DNA of 63,863 nucleotides, counting the filler, from Thraustochytrium aureum (lineage: Eukaryota), in assembly GCA_012862495.1 (NCBI GenBank). It is 5 parts of 3 records of this genome, joined end to end, with 100 filler letters (N's around TTAATTAATTAA, not from the genome) between each part and the next. Parts side by side here need not be neighbours in the genome. Positions count along the whole stretch, not along the records: positions 1 to 23,073 come from BLSG01000089.1; 4 more parts are not named here. The stretch is one strand, 5' to 3'. Made by a program: the position numbers and the translations under genes. The first letter of the stretch is position 1. Every line of letters starts with the position of its first letter. The notes beneath the pieces were generated by a model. It ran no database searches and was not told the origin of the DNA. It was given only the letters and a program-made list of their open reading frames with translations. Below, in pieces: positions 10,200 to 23,129 of the stretch.

Positions 10200-13100
10200 T
10201 CAGACAAGCTTGGCACGCGCCGAACCAAGCTGCGCCTCGAGCTCGCGTTGCTCGCGCTCAAGGCGTTGGTATTCGCTGCGGTGTGGAGCAAAGTCATCGA
10301 TTCCCGACGACGACGAGAGCGAGCGGGGCAGAAACCTGGCGCCACGCAAGCCAGGTGGGCTTGGTGGAGGAGAGGCGGCCAGATCAACAGCGTGGTCGTA
10401 TTCTGCCAAGAGACGCTTCACTTGAGCCTCGATGTGCGCCGCCGACTGGTTTCGCGCCTCAAGCATCGAGATCTTCTTGTACGCCACGTTGAGCTCTGCA
10501 GCAATCTGCTTGTCAGTGCGCTGAGACCGACTTCGCAATTCGGTGAGCGTCTCTTCGTAGCCTTTTTTGGAATCCGCAAGCGAGTGCACGTCGTCCTGCA
10601 GCCGCTCCCGCTCGGCAAGCAAGTCGTCCAGTTCGCTGGCAAGCGCCATGTTGGCGCGACGCCAGCACATCATGCTCGAGATGGACTCCGCGGCCGCCTG
10701 CAGCACGACGTTACACAACTCAAGGAACTCGAAATCATAAGCTTCGCCAGTATCGAAGAAACGCGTCGCCTGCAGTAGCCCAGCCACGCGATCCCCCGTA
10801 TCAAGTATAGGCACGCAAATAAATGCAAGGATGCGCTGTGCGTCACGCTCCTTTAAATCAGCCTGAGCGCGCCGCAAGAAGACGGCACCGTCCCCGCCCT
10901 TCTTGATTGCTGGCGGCGGCCCGAGAGCAGAGCTCCCTTGACCCATCGTAAAGGCTGCGCGCGACGCAGCTCGACGAGCCGCAGCTGCTCCACCAAGGTC
11001 ATTGGCATCCCCGCCGTCTACTTGNNNNNNNNNNNNNNNNNNNNNNNNNNNNNNNNNNNNNNNNNNNNNNNNNNNNNNNNNNNNNNNNNNNNNNNNNNNN
11101 NNNNNNNNNNNNNNNNNNNNNNNNNNNNNNNNNNNNNNNNNNNNNNNNNNNNNNNNNNNNNNNNNNNNNNNNNNNNNNNNNNNNNNNNAACTCTTTCCCC
11201 GTGCGCGTCGTACTGCGCGATCGTGTCCCTGCACACCGAGAACACGCGCAACGAATCCGAATGAAACAAGTCGCGCGCGCACCGCGACACCACGGCGCTC
11301 AGCGCGCCCCAGTCCTTGGTGTCAGCAATAGCGATCTGTGCAACACGCTGGAGACGGGCCTGAGCAGTGCCCGACGCGCCACGGCGCGTCGGCCCTCCGG
11401 AACGGCCGCCAAGCGTGACTGCGGCGGCTGTTGGGCCGCTCGCCACGCTCGCCCCATCCCCCATGCTCAGCGGTCCAACCCTGTCCGGCGTGGGGTCGAG
11501 CTCCGCCGCGGGGGCGGGGGCTGGAACAAGGTCGCCGTGTCCAAGATCGCGGCCGTGGCGCGTCTGACTCGCTCTACAAGGCCTTGGCGGTCTACGAACC
11601 GCAGCGCGTCGGCCGCGGCAGCTAGAGCCGCAAGTTTCCACTGGTTGAACGCCGGGAGTAGGGCCGCGTTCCGCATTCGTCGAACGTAGAGTGCGATTGT
11701 GCGCGCGGCGCGGCTCGAGCCGCGCCGCTTGGATGCGCAACTGCGCCAGTTGTGCAACGCACGCGCTAGGCGCGAAGCGCGTCCCTTTTGCAAGCACACC
11801 AAGACGAGGCTCTCTGCGCGCTCTGCGCGCAGGTCGACGATAAGCTGCATGCGCGTCGCATGAAACCAAGTTCGAAATCCTAGCCCAAGGCGGCGGTTGC
11901 CCCAGCGCCGCACGAGCGCCCGCAGAGCGGTGCGGCGATCTCTCTCCATGTTTGTTCGACCGCTCCATGCCCTAAAGGCTGCAGCGGCGCGCGACAGCCG
12001 CCAGCGGGACGCCAAAGTCTGGAGCCGGCTGCGCCGGGCCCTCTCTTCATTGCATTGTTGCGCCAGGTCAGAAACGTCTTGACGTACAGCGGGCGCTGCC
12101 AGGAAGCAATCGCTCGTCGCAGACAAGCCTCCCGAAGCTGTGTAGTGGTCAGCTCGGCGCGCTCGCACGCGCGTCGCAGGCCTTCCAGCTGGCCCGTGGC
12201 CTGTCCGAGGTCCTGCGCGGCAAACGCCCCAAGCCATGTGCGCCAGGCCCGCGCTAGCCGCGCGACCAGGAGCTTGCGCACGAACATCGCAAGCCGCGCG
12301 GCCGCCGCAAGGCGACGCCGCCGCTCGGTAAGACGGTGCTTCCAGGCAGAAAAGGCTCGAGCGCTCGAGCGCCCCTCAAGTCGCACGATCCCGCGCAGGG
12401 CCAGTGCGCGGCGGCGCTTGCGCGAAGCCATCATGTGGCGCCATCCCTCGAACGCGCGGGCCTTGCTCGCATGCGTGAGCTTGAGCACGAATCTCGCCAC
12501 TCTGACGCGCGCCGCTTTGCGAGAAACTGCGTTCTGGCGCCAGGCCGAAAACGTGCGCAGCGTCATGCTGTGCCTCCACTTCGCCATGACGTTGTCGGCG
12601 TGCTTTTCCCGCACCATATCGCGATGAGCCACGACGCGCTCCATGTCCTTCCCAAACGTGGCCTCGAGGGCCTGCCGATCCCACGCAGTTTGTGCGACCT
12701 CGGTCTCCAAGTGCGCCAATTCGGCCTCGAGGCGACCCACCTCTGCAAGCGCATCCTCGAGCTGTACGGCCAACGACCTACGCACGAAAATAGACCAATG
12801 GCGGAACGAGGCGTAGAGCGCGCGACGGTCGAGACGGACAAGGCACTGCCGCATGACCTGGCGCGCGCGTTGGCGCTCTCGCGCGTTCGCAGTCCACGAG
12901 TCGAAGGCGTACGAGAGGGTGCGATTCTTCCAGCGGAACATGAAGCGCATGACGCGGTCGCGCAGGAGCTTGGCCTCGAGAGCGCGGTTCGCCCACGCAG
13001 TGAATACCCTGCTAAGAGAGCCGCGGCTCATGCGCGCAACAGCGCGTCTGATAGCGTTTTCAGCGTTTTCGACGGATGAGGCTTGCAGCTCCTGGGCTTC

Positions 13101-16100
13101 GACGGCGCAATCCCGCTCCTGGCGCGCCTGGGCCGCCGCACGGCTCCACTGGTCAAACCTGGCGTGGAGGTTGTCCTTGGCGAGCGTCGCGAAGACGTTT
13201 CGCGCTCGGCGCATTTTCCCGCGAGCCTCGGCGACCAGCTGTTTCCAGCTTGCGAAGCACTTGTAAAACGTGAGCTTTTCATTCTTGCGGAAGAACAGCA
13301 GCACTTTGGCGCGGTTTGCCTTCCTCTCGCGCGTGACTTCGGCCCATGCCCGGAAAGCCGAGGCGGAGCAAAACTGTTGCATCTGCGCAGTGATCTTGCG
13401 CAAGATTGCGCGGTTCCTGCGCGCAGCGCGGACCTTGTTTGCCCACGCCTCGTAGGCGCGCATGAGCGTTTTGTTCTGCATGCGGAATAGAAACCGCTGC
13501 AGCACGCGGCGCTCGCGCGAACGCGCCTGCGTCTCATCGCGAAACGCGCCAAAGTACTGCCCGAGCAGGTGCGAGCGAGAAAACTGCAGCAGCTTGCGCG
13601 AGAGGCGGCCTATGATTCGGTCGCGCTGCGTGTAAAGGCGCGAGAGTTTGGCTCTCGAAACGCAGCGAGAGCTCGACCTTGTCTTCCTCGAACCGCGTTG
13701 AGAGGGCGGTTTGTTCCTGTTGAAAGTGGTTCGCGAGGGCGGCTTGGTCTTGCTCAAACTGGCGAGAGAGAGCGGCCTGGCTTTCCTCCAGCACCTCAAC
13801 GCGGACTGCGAGCTGAGATCGCCGCTCCCGCTCCGCGTCCAGCGCCGCGCGAAGCTGCGCTTGGTATACAACGGTGACCTGGTGAACCCATGTTCGAAAG
13901 GCAATGTCCAGTTTGCGCCTCGCCTTGTCGCGGGACATTGTCTCGATGAATCGTCGCAGAAACCTTCGTCTTGTCGCGAGCGCGACCCACCGGTTCCAAA
14001 CGAGAACAAGGGCGCGGCTGCGCCACCTGCGCAGGAAATTGGCGAGGAGTTGTCGCTGTCGCTTGCTTTCACTCGCCTGCATCGCAAAGTGGCGGAATGC
14101 TCGGCTAAGCTGCTTGTTCTTCCATAGGGCGACAACTCGAGCGGAGTGCGCTTCGCGCGCCTTGGAGCTGTTTTCCGCCAGGTCTGAGAGCTGGCCCCCA
14201 AGATGCTCCCGCAGCTCGTCGCGCTCGTTTTCTGCTTGTCGCAACCTTTCGCGCAGGTCCTCGACAACGCGGCGCGTCGACTCGAGGGTCCCTTCGAGCG
14301 TCGCGAGCGTCGCACCGAATGTTTCGCGTTGCGAGCCAAGTGTCAATCGCCGCCACAGTGCGAAAGCGGAGAATAGCGCTTTGTGCGTGAAGCCGCGCAC
14401 CCCGCGCAACAACACGCGTCGCGACGCGCGTCGCTCTGCAGTAAAATGCACCCACGACGTGNNNNNNNNNNNNNNNNNNNNNNNNNNNNNNNNNNNNNNN
14501 NNNNNNNNNNNNNNNNNNNNNNNNNNNNNNNNNNNNNNNNNNNNNNNNNNNNNNNNNNNNNNNNNNNNNNNNNNNNNNNNNNNNNNNNNNNNNNNNNTTC
14601 TTCCGCCAATGTGCCGCAAACCGCCCGATTATCGCCCTCTCACGCTCGCGCTGTTTTGATTCGGCGGCGGCGGCAGCTACAGCGTCGTCCACGGTCTGCC
14701 TCCACAAAGTAAAGCACCGGGCAAGGGTGTTTGCTTGCAGGCGCGCCACGGCCCTGCGTGCCCGGCGTTTCAGGGCTGCGCACTCGCCAGCGAACTCTGC
14801 CCAGCGCTGAAACGCGCGGTGCTGTTCCCTGCGGCGCATGTTTGCTACACAGCGAGACACTTTGATCCTATTGGCGCGGTTTTCGGCCGCAACGAGGCGC
14901 CACGCCGCAAACGCGGCGCCAGTGCGACGGTGCGCGATTCGGCCCAAACACCTTGAAACCACGCGACGACCCCGTTTGGCGGCCTGTGCCTCATCCCGCC
15001 AGAGCGAGAAAGCCCAACGGCGCCGCTTTTCCATCGCCAACTGCACCTCGCCCCGGAACGCAGAAAAGGCAAAACGAGCCAACTGGCCCCTCCACTTGCT
15101 CACAGACCGCGCCGCGATCGTGTGAACGCGCTCGTGGTGCCTGCGCTCCAGGCTGCCGAGCTTCTCTTCGCTGGCTAGCTGCTCCGCGCGCAGCGCGGCC
15201 TCCGACGCTTCGAGCCTCGACAGCGCCGAGCCGAGCTCGAGCTCGAGGAGCAGGCGCCTTTCGTCGACAACAAAGCGCTCCCAGGCCCGAAAGCCGAGCG
15301 AAATCTGCCTGTGGACCACATGTGCAACGAGGCGCACGCACGTGCGACGGAGAAGTCGACGGCGGGCAACGTGCTCGCGCCAGGCGGAAACGGCTGCGGC
15401 GAGCGTCCGGTTTTGCACCCGGAGTAGGATTCTCAAGTGGCGTTGCCTCACGGAGCGCTTGTACAGCACGCCCTTGTGCCAAGTCTCAAGCGCCACCTGC
15501 TGGGCCTTCAAGCGCATGCGGCCGACGGCGCGCTGCACGAGCTGCTCGCGGCGCGCAGCCGCCACTCGCTTGGCCTCCGCGCGTTGGGAGCATTCGACGA
15601 GGGCCCTGTCGTGCAGCACCCAGCTGCGAAAGCCCTTGCGCGCAAGCTCGCGCTGCCAGCGGCGTATGCAACTTGTCATCAAGCGCGCCCCGATCTCTCT
15701 TGCGCGCGAGAGGGCTGTCCTTTGGCTGCCGAGCAGCTTGCGCATCCCGCCGAGCTCCTCCGTTAGGCCAGACTTTTCGCCGTTCGTCTCATCGAGCGCC
15801 TTTCGGAGCGCATCCATGGACTGTCGCTCCTTGGCGAGCCAGTCCGTCTTCCACTGGATGAGCTTGATCTTTTCGCCTCGCTCGCGTTCGAGCTCCTCTC
15901 TCGCCAAGAGCAGGTCGCTCTCGAGTGTCGCCTGCGCTCGGCGGAGCTGTTCAAACTCCTTTTCCGAATCGAGGGGAGGCGTGCGTGGGCTCGTCTTTGG
16001 TACGTTCGCCGAGGCGCGCGCGTTTCCGCTCAGGTTCTCGTTGGCGTCGAGCCCGCTGTTGAGCAGGTCGTCACAGCGCTTCTCCGAGGCGCGCAGTGCG

Positions 16101-16737
16101 AGTTTGAGCGACCTGTTCTCGGCCAGAACGCGCGAGTACGCGCGGTGCAGGCTTGAGACGGCCATAGCCGACTTCCAGTTGCTCGACATCCTCTCCATCG
16201 TCGTGTTGCCAGCCAGGAGATCGTGCTGCCCACTGGCAGAGCTCATATCGTCGGGCTGGCCTAGCACGTCGTCCAGCTCGCTATCGCGCCGGCGCCGATA
16301 TCCAGCCTCCCTGAGGTCGTACTCTGCGCGAGACCCAACGGACGAGTTGGACCGCGATCCGTGGCGCTCGGCCGAGCTGCGCCGCCGAGACCCGACGCCA
16401 CGTGGAGTGAGGGTAGCCGTCATGTCATCACTAACAACGCTCACGGCCCCGCTGCGATAGACCTTGACGCGGGCGCCACGAGGGGCCTGAGCGTCATGAC
16501 GTCCGGGCCGGCCCTGGCGCCTGGCTGAAGCGACACGGACAGTGGCCCTTTGCTCGATTCGAGCTCGTCTCGGTGCCGGCGCCGCTCCCGCAACATGTTC
16601 AGCGAGGCAGACAAAATTCTGTCCGGCAATGGCCACGAGTCATCCGAATCAACCTCAAACGGCGCCCCTGCCTCCTCCTCGTCATGACCGCCAGCACCAT
16701 TATCATCATCGTCGTCCCACACGCCGTTGTGATCCAT
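10200..16737 (-). CDS. Very large Sfi1-like (centrin-binding) repeat and coiled-coil protein with a C-terminal GAF-like domain; broken by frameshifts and two gaps
   Basis: Consecutive minus-strand ORF pieces carry dozens of ~30-aa repeats ending in L..AF..W (RTLSYAFDSW, SLSRVFTAW, KTLMRAYEAW, ALLPAFNQW). Distal part: LSAVVSRCARDLFHSDSLRVFSV...AFICVPILDTGDRVAGLLQATR...EFLELCNVVLQAAAESI. Confidence 0.72.
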
Positions 16738-16812
16738 CAAGCAGAATTGTGACGTGCGGGTTCGACTTGCACCTGGGCCGAAACTTGGCTGCCTGCCCGC
16801 ACACCCCGTCGA

Positions 16813-17057
16813 CGCAGCCTCGCGTCACGGGCCCAACGCGACCCGCTACGCGCTTGATGCACCTATAGCCAGGCCTCCGGCGAGAGGCACCGCGAGGAGA
16901 GGGAGCAGGAGACGAGGGGCCAACTCGAGGAGACCTGACTGGCCCCAGTTGACAAATCAGAGATCCGCGATCCCCTCCAGCGCAGCCTCGCGTCACGGGC
17001 CCAACGCGTCCCGCTACGCGCCCGATGCACCTATAGCCAGGCCTCCGGCGAGAGGCA
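16813..17057. repeat. Two copies of a 77-bp direct repeat (16813-16889, 16981-17057)
   Basis: CGCAGCCTCGCGTCACGGGCCCAACGCG...CCTATAGCCAGGCCTCCGGCGAGAGGCA occurs twice with 3 mismatches and a 168-bp period. Confidence 0.9.
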
Positions 17058-19294
17058 GGCAGGCAAGCGCTGCCCGTACGTGCGCGCCTTGGGGATCTGC
17101 CGCGACGCAACACAACCGTCACGAGCCCGTTTTTCAATGTCACGTCAAAAAAGAGCCCTCGGAACATCAAGAGTGCCCTTTTGCCTTGCGCCCCGCCGCG
17201 GGGTTTGTTCGATTCAGCGTTCCTCCCGGTCGGTCAGGCCCGAGTGGCGTGCAGCGCCGCGGCTGGCGGCATCGTCCAGTCGCCAGGTGCTGCTGGCGGC
17301 GTTCCGTGTCTTGCTGGGCTGCACGGGGTCTCTCTAGAGCGTGTTCGTGGAGGTAGCCACGTTGCTGTCCGCTGGGCCACATGCGCATCTGTGGCCACAA
17401 CAGAGTTCTGCGCGCGGGCCACGCACAGGAGCAAAGCTCAATGCTGCCTCGAATTGGGGCCTCCGATGCTTTTACGTGCAGCTCAGAAATTTGCAAATGC
17501 AAAAATGCCAGCGTTCTCGTGCATTGCATGAGCAAGTACTGGTACCACAGAAAACGATGGATGGATCAAGCGCCAGAGGCTCCTGGCCGCGCCCGACTTG
17601 GCCAGGCTGCTTCTCCGTCGCCGCTTCCAAGGCGTCCCTCCTCCTGCACGCGTGAAGCGCCTTGCGGCGAACCGAGCCTGCTGCCAATAGCAGCAAAGAG
17701 CCGCCATTGTCCGAGCGCTTTGCTCGGGCGGCCTCTGCATTGCACTTAAAAATCTATCTATTCGCACTGGCCGCGCAACCGGAATCCTATCACCGCGATG
17801 CCCGGCTGCGCAGCCGCGCTCGACGAGTTGCACGAGGACATGGCCGACGTCGTGCCAAAGGAAACCCACCAAGGCACCGCGTACTGCAGGTCGTTTCCCA
17901 CTTCATTTGAATCAAGCATCAACATGAGCTTCTCTCATGGCGATGCCCGGCTCCATCGCGCGCTGCGCAGCGTCAAGGCCTGGCAATCCGTTGATGGACG
18001 AGCCGCTCGACCAAAGCACGCATCGAGTTCTTCGGCATTCCTTTCGTTCCTTTGCCGCCATCACCAGGCCCTGTACGAGCAAACCCACCCGTAGCGAACG
18101 TTATGAGGATATGCGCGAAAGTGCGCCTGCTACCGAGCCGGCGCAGCGCGCGCCGTGTCCAAACGCAATCTCGCGGATCTCGGGCGCTCGGGCGGCGACC
18201 NNNNNNNNNNNNNNNNNNNNNNNNNNNNNNNNNNNNNNNNNNNNNNNNNNNNNNNNNNNNNNNNNNNNNNNNNNNNNNNNNNNNNNNNNNNNNNNNNNNN
18301 NNNNNNNNNNNNNNNNNNNNNNNNNNNNNNNNNNNNNNNNNNNNNNNNNNNNNNNNNNNNNNNNNNNNNNNNNNNNNNNNNNNNNNNNNNNNNNNNNNNN
18401 NNNNNNNNNNNNNNNNNNNNNNNNNNNNNNNNNNNNNNNNNNNNNNNNNNNNNNNNNNNNNNNNNNNNNNNNNNNNNNNNNNNNTCAAGTGGAATTGAAG
18501 CCGTCCGTGGACCTTGCTTGGACTCGACTCGTGCAGATTGATGATTGATTCGAACGCGCCGGTGTCCAAACGCGCTCGTTGGTGCTGTGCGAGCTGCTCT
18601 GTTCGTCCACGTCCACGTGGACCAGATCCATGTTGTGATTTGCTTTTGTAAGGCGGTCATTCTGTCTTCCCGTCACGTCCGTTACGTTCATTCTATCTGA
18701 ACTGATGGAATCCAAAAGATACGGTGGGATTTGCCCGAGTGGGCCCGCTCTGGGACAGTTTGCGTCGAAGGATCCTCTTCAGGCTGCTCTTCTGCTTGCT
18801 CTCACCAAGGCTGGCTGTTGACGGTTGACGTCCGGTTGCGTTTGCGCAGTGGCGCCTCGCTTCGACAACGATCTGCAACTCCAGGCAAACAAGGCCAACT
18901 CCTCACTCTGCATTGAGCAAGAGCCGAGGCGGCGCCAAAGCCTGCGACTTGCTTCGACGACGACGACGACGAATTCTTTCCACGAGGAGAGGATCCCGGT
19001 TGCCCTGGCGGCGCGAACAGGCGCAGCAACGACGACCTGTGCGCCGACGTGCTTGGCGGGGTGTCCAAAAATTGCGATTTGCGATTTGCGACGCGCTGCG
19101 ACCTCGCAAGTCCTACTCTGCCCACCCTGTATTGCATCCACATCGTCGCACAAGGAAGAATCAAAGAGGCTCGGACTGAAGGGGCGCGAGCTGGGCAGTT
19201 CGGCCAAGCAGTCCCGATTCACCTGCGAGGCTGGCGACCGAGCTTAAACTGCAGCGCACAGCGGCAAGGCACGTGTGAAGCGAGTCTGTGCACG

Positions 19295-21060
19295 ATGGGC
19301 GCATTCACGTCAAAGCTGTGGCGGGATGCGGTGCACGGCAGCGCCAAGGAGCGCCTGATGGCTTTGCTGCGAGCCTACCTGGTCTATGCGGGGGCCCACA
19401 CCTTCATCAAGGCGTTTCGGTTCTTCGCGTTCACGATCAAGGCGAGCCACATGCTCAAATCCTTTCCGGGGTACAGCATGGACATCACTGGCAAAGACAT
19501 CCTCACCAACTTTCACCGGCTTCACGACTGGCGCATGGAGACTATGCAAAAGTTCCCCGGGGCCGACATGGTCCGTACCTCGGGCCCGGGCGTCGAGCTG
19601 GCCTGCATCAGCGAGGACGCTGTGCGGTTCATCCTCAAGGACGAGTTCGACAAGTTTACCAAGGTGCCAGCTGGCAAATTTTACCTCATGCAGCTCGTGA
19701 GCGACTTTGTCGGCGGCCAGGGCGTCTTTTGCCTCCGCCACGGTCACCAGCCGGACGCCATTGCCGAACACGAGCAGTGGTACTCGCAGCGCAAGACGGC
19801 CTCGAAGCTGTTCACGAAGAAGAACTTTGAGCACATCATGCTCGACACCTTCCTTCGCAAGAGCGACAAGCTCTGCGAGGTCATCGGCAAGGCCGCAGAC
19901 GCGCAGGGCAAAGTGGACGGCCAGCGCCTGTTCTTCGCCTTCACGATGGATTCTATCCAAAAGATCTTCTTCTCACGCGACGTCGATACCGTGAGCGGTG
20001 ACGTCGACAAGTACGCGCAGGCCTATGACGCCGCCCGTAAGTTTTAAGGCTTGAACGTTGGCTTGCGAGAGCTCTGCGCAGGGGAACCGCCCGCTCACGC
20101 GCTCGGTCGTCGCGGCGCAGACCACCACATGATGGCCTTTGCCTTCCGCAACATTTCGGTGATCATGGCGTCGACCTTGTTCCTACCGTTCCCGTTTGGC
20201 ACGGTCAACGGGGACCACTCGACCAACCTATTCCTAACGCTTTTCCGCAAGCTTGACAAGGACGGCGCCGCGTTCGAGCGGAACCGCGACTACCTGAGCA
20301 AGACAACCTACGAGTTTGTGCGCCAGGCCCGCAAGGACACCAACCTCGAGAACCGCCGCGACCTGCTCTCGCTCTTCCTCCGACAAGGCGACAGCCTTTC
20401 GGACAAGCAGCTGCACGACATCATCCTCAACTTTATCATCGCAGGCCGCGACACCACGGCTTGCACGCTCACATGGCTCTTCTTTGAGCTCACGCAAAAC
20501 CCCGAGGTCCAGGAGGAACTCATCCAGGAGATTGACCGCGTGCTGGGCGGGCGCGACCCCACCCTGGACGAGCTCGAGCCCCAGGTGACCCCGTATCTGA
20601 ACGGTGTGCTCTACGAGACGCTGCGGCTCCACCCACCTGTCCCGGAGGACCAGAAGGAGTGCAACGAGGACGCCGTGTTCAAGGGCGTGCGCATCCCGCG
20701 GGGCACGCGGATGTCCTTCATTCCGTACACGATGGGGCGCGACCCGCGAAGGTACACGGATCCGCTCGTGTTCAATCCGAGGCGGTGGATCCCGTTCAAG
20801 GAGCCGAGCATGTTTGACATGCCGACGTTCCAGGCCGGGCCGCGCTTTTGCTTGGGTAAGGACATGGCCCGCTTTGAGGCAAGCTCGTCACGGCGAAGCT
20901 GCTGCAGTGCTTCCGGTTCAGCCTCCTGGCTGGCGAGGCGAGCAAGATTGGCTACTCGCTGCTCATTACGCAGTCGCTCGTGAACAACGCGGAGAAGACG
21001 AGCAACAACCTCTGGCTCGTCCCGGAGCGGCGCTCGGACCGCGTTGCGGCCGCCTCTTAG
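19295..21060 (+). CDS. Cytochrome P450, CYP86/94/704-clan-like; one intron and one frameshift near 20880
   Basis: WYSQRKTASKLF, FTMDSIQKIFF, I-helix NFIIAGRDTTA, ETLRLHPPVP, FNPRRW, heme motif FQAGPRFCLG. Intron 20037-20120 (GTAAGT..GCTCAC..GCAG). A corrected tail EAKLVTAKLLQCFRF...AAS ends at TAG 21058-21060. Confidence 0.95.
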
Positions 21061-21464
21061 TTTGCCTCCCGAGGGCGANNNNNNNNNNNNNNNNNNNNNN
21101 NNNNNNNNNNNNNNNNNNNNNNNNNNNNNNNNNNNNNNNNNNNNNNNNNNNNNNNNNNNNNNNNNNNNNNNNNNNNNNNNNNNNNNNNNNNNNNNNNNNN
21201 NNNNNNNNNNNNNNNNNNNNNNNNNNNNNNNNNNNNNNNNNNNNNNNNNNNNNNNNNNNNNNNNNNNNNNNNNNNNNNNNNNNNNNNNNNNNNNNNNNNN
21301 NNNNNNNNNNNNNNNNNNNNNNNNNNNNNNNNNNNNNNNNNNNNNNNNNNNNNNNNNNNNNNNNNNNNNNNNNNNNNNNNNNNNNNNNNNNNNNAAGTAG
21401 TTGCGTACCGTCTCGAATGAGTCTACTCTGCGCTGTTGAGGAGATCAAGCAAGCGCCAGTTGCC

Positions 21465-23072
21465 TCAGACGAGCGCGCTGAGGTCTTCGGCTACCCCGGC
21501 AGGCTGCGGCACCGAGCTGACCGACTGGCAAGCGCTGCCCGCGGCGTCCAGCGTCAAGAAAAACGGGTCCGGAGGTAGCTCGAAGCGCTCCGTGAAAAGA
21601 CCGCACGCGAGCGGCGAGCAGGGCGCGGTGCCGTTCGAAACCGCAGGAAGACTAGGTGTGCAGCAGGCCTCGTCAGCCCAGGCGAAACGGACAGCAAGAA
21701 CGCTAGACGCATCAGCGGCCTTGTCACCCGTGTCGAGGACGAGCACGTTCGGGCCTTGCACGTGCCAGCCGCGCAACGCCCTCCAATGCTTCTCTGCCGG
21801 GTTTGCTGAAGGGCGCCACGTCAGACTTTCGGAAAACCCAGCGGCCCGCTGTCGTTCCGGCTGATCCAGGGTCACCATTCGGGCCCCGCGGCCGCCATGT
21901 GCGTGCAGTGCCAGTGGGTGCTTTGGTCCGCGCCGCGCGTGTAATCCCAGTACATGCAGCTGCACGCCATCGCGTCGCCTTGGCAGATCTGAACAGCGAG
22001 CGGCGGGGTCATTTGGCTCTCGAACGGCACGGCGACGAGGCGCTCGCTTTGCCCTAGTGCGAATTGAACCTGTATTTGCCCGTCCGCTCGAGCTGAGCAG
22101 CGCACGACTTTGGGGTTTGGCTGGCGCAGCGGCGGCGCGGCCCGACGCCCTGCAGCAGACCCCGCGGCGACAAGTGGGAGCATGCCAACAGCAAGACGGT
22201 CGGCAACACGGCGCTTGACGCGGGGGTGGATGGGGCCCATGAAGATCTGCGTAAACCGGGAGCTCCACGGCCCGTCCAGAGGCCGGACCGCCCATTCGGG
22301 GATTGGCATGCATCGCGGCCCAGGCACAAAGTCCGGCGGGCTGTCCTTGGAAGGGCAACATGAAAGTTCGCCAGCGCACTTTGCCGAGGGCCAGGGGTCG
22401 CCCATGTCGAAAGCGTGGGCCACGACCACCTCTTCAACGAGCTCGCCAACGGCGACTTGCGCCATGCGAAACTGGGCCATGTTTTGGCTGTGCCCTTCGC
22501 TTCCGCCAGCAGCCAAAGTCACCAGGCCAAAGGGGGCCTTGCTGGCGGTTGTGTTGGGCTCGCGGGACCACTCTTCGCGCCACAGTCCGACGAGCTTGCG
22601 AAGGAGGCACAGGTACCCGGTCTGCTGCGAGCGCAGGCCCGGGTCTGCAAAAACGTTGTTCTCGCCCTGGTACCAAAGCCAGCCAGCCACGGTCATGTTG
22701 ACCAGGGGCGAGACGACTCCGTTGAAGAGCGACGCGGGTGGCACCCGCTGCTTTTTGTCCAAGCTGATGTTGCTACACTGCCGCGAAGTCGCGTTCGGCA
22801 GCCAGGCTTCGATCTGCGTGCCGCCGATCCCGGCGTGAATCATGCCGATTGGGGCGAGCGGCACACCGAGTTCGCGCGCGCGCGCGACGAGGCGCTCCGC
22901 AAAGTAAGCGCAAACGGCACTGAAGTGGCCCAGCAGCTGGCCGCGCGCGCTGGTCGTGGCGTTAAACCAGGTCGCCGACGCCGGGGGGAACTGTGGCAGG
23001 AACACCCTGGTCTGGCTGGCAAACTTGAGGTCGTCCTGCTGTACAAAGTCAAGCATGCGGACCTTGGCATCC
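21465..23072 (-). CDS. Sialate O-acetylesterase-like SGNH hydrolase (5' truncated at scaffold end; 3' limit uncertain, frameshift near 21875)
   Basis: FSAVCAYFAERL, PIGMIHAGIGGTQIEAWLP, LFNGVVSPLVNMTVAGWLWYQGENN, IHPRVKRRVADRLA; the later frame has AVRFAWAD...LPPDPF. Confidence 0.85.
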
Positions 23073-23117
23073 CNNNNNNNNNNNNNNNNNNNNNNNNNNN
23101 NNNNNNNNNNNNNNNNN

Positions 23118-23129
23118 TTAATTAATTAA
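23118..23129. other. Artificial scaffold-joining linker TTAATTAATTAA
   Basis: Palindromic 12-mer with stops in all six frames, flanked by about 44-45 N on each side; identical at four sites. Confidence 0.97.

Noticed and set aside
16813..17057. LTR pair or TRIM retroelement
   Set aside because: No TG...CA termini and no evident primer-binding site or target-site duplication.
17080..18720. Several short overlapping ORFs that might form a gene
   Set aside because: No recognisable motif, no consistent frame or codon bias, and I could not build a splice model.
23118..23129. TTAA-containing palindrome as a piggyBac target site or regulatory element
   Set aside because: Always embedded in fixed-length N runs, so it is a synthetic linker.
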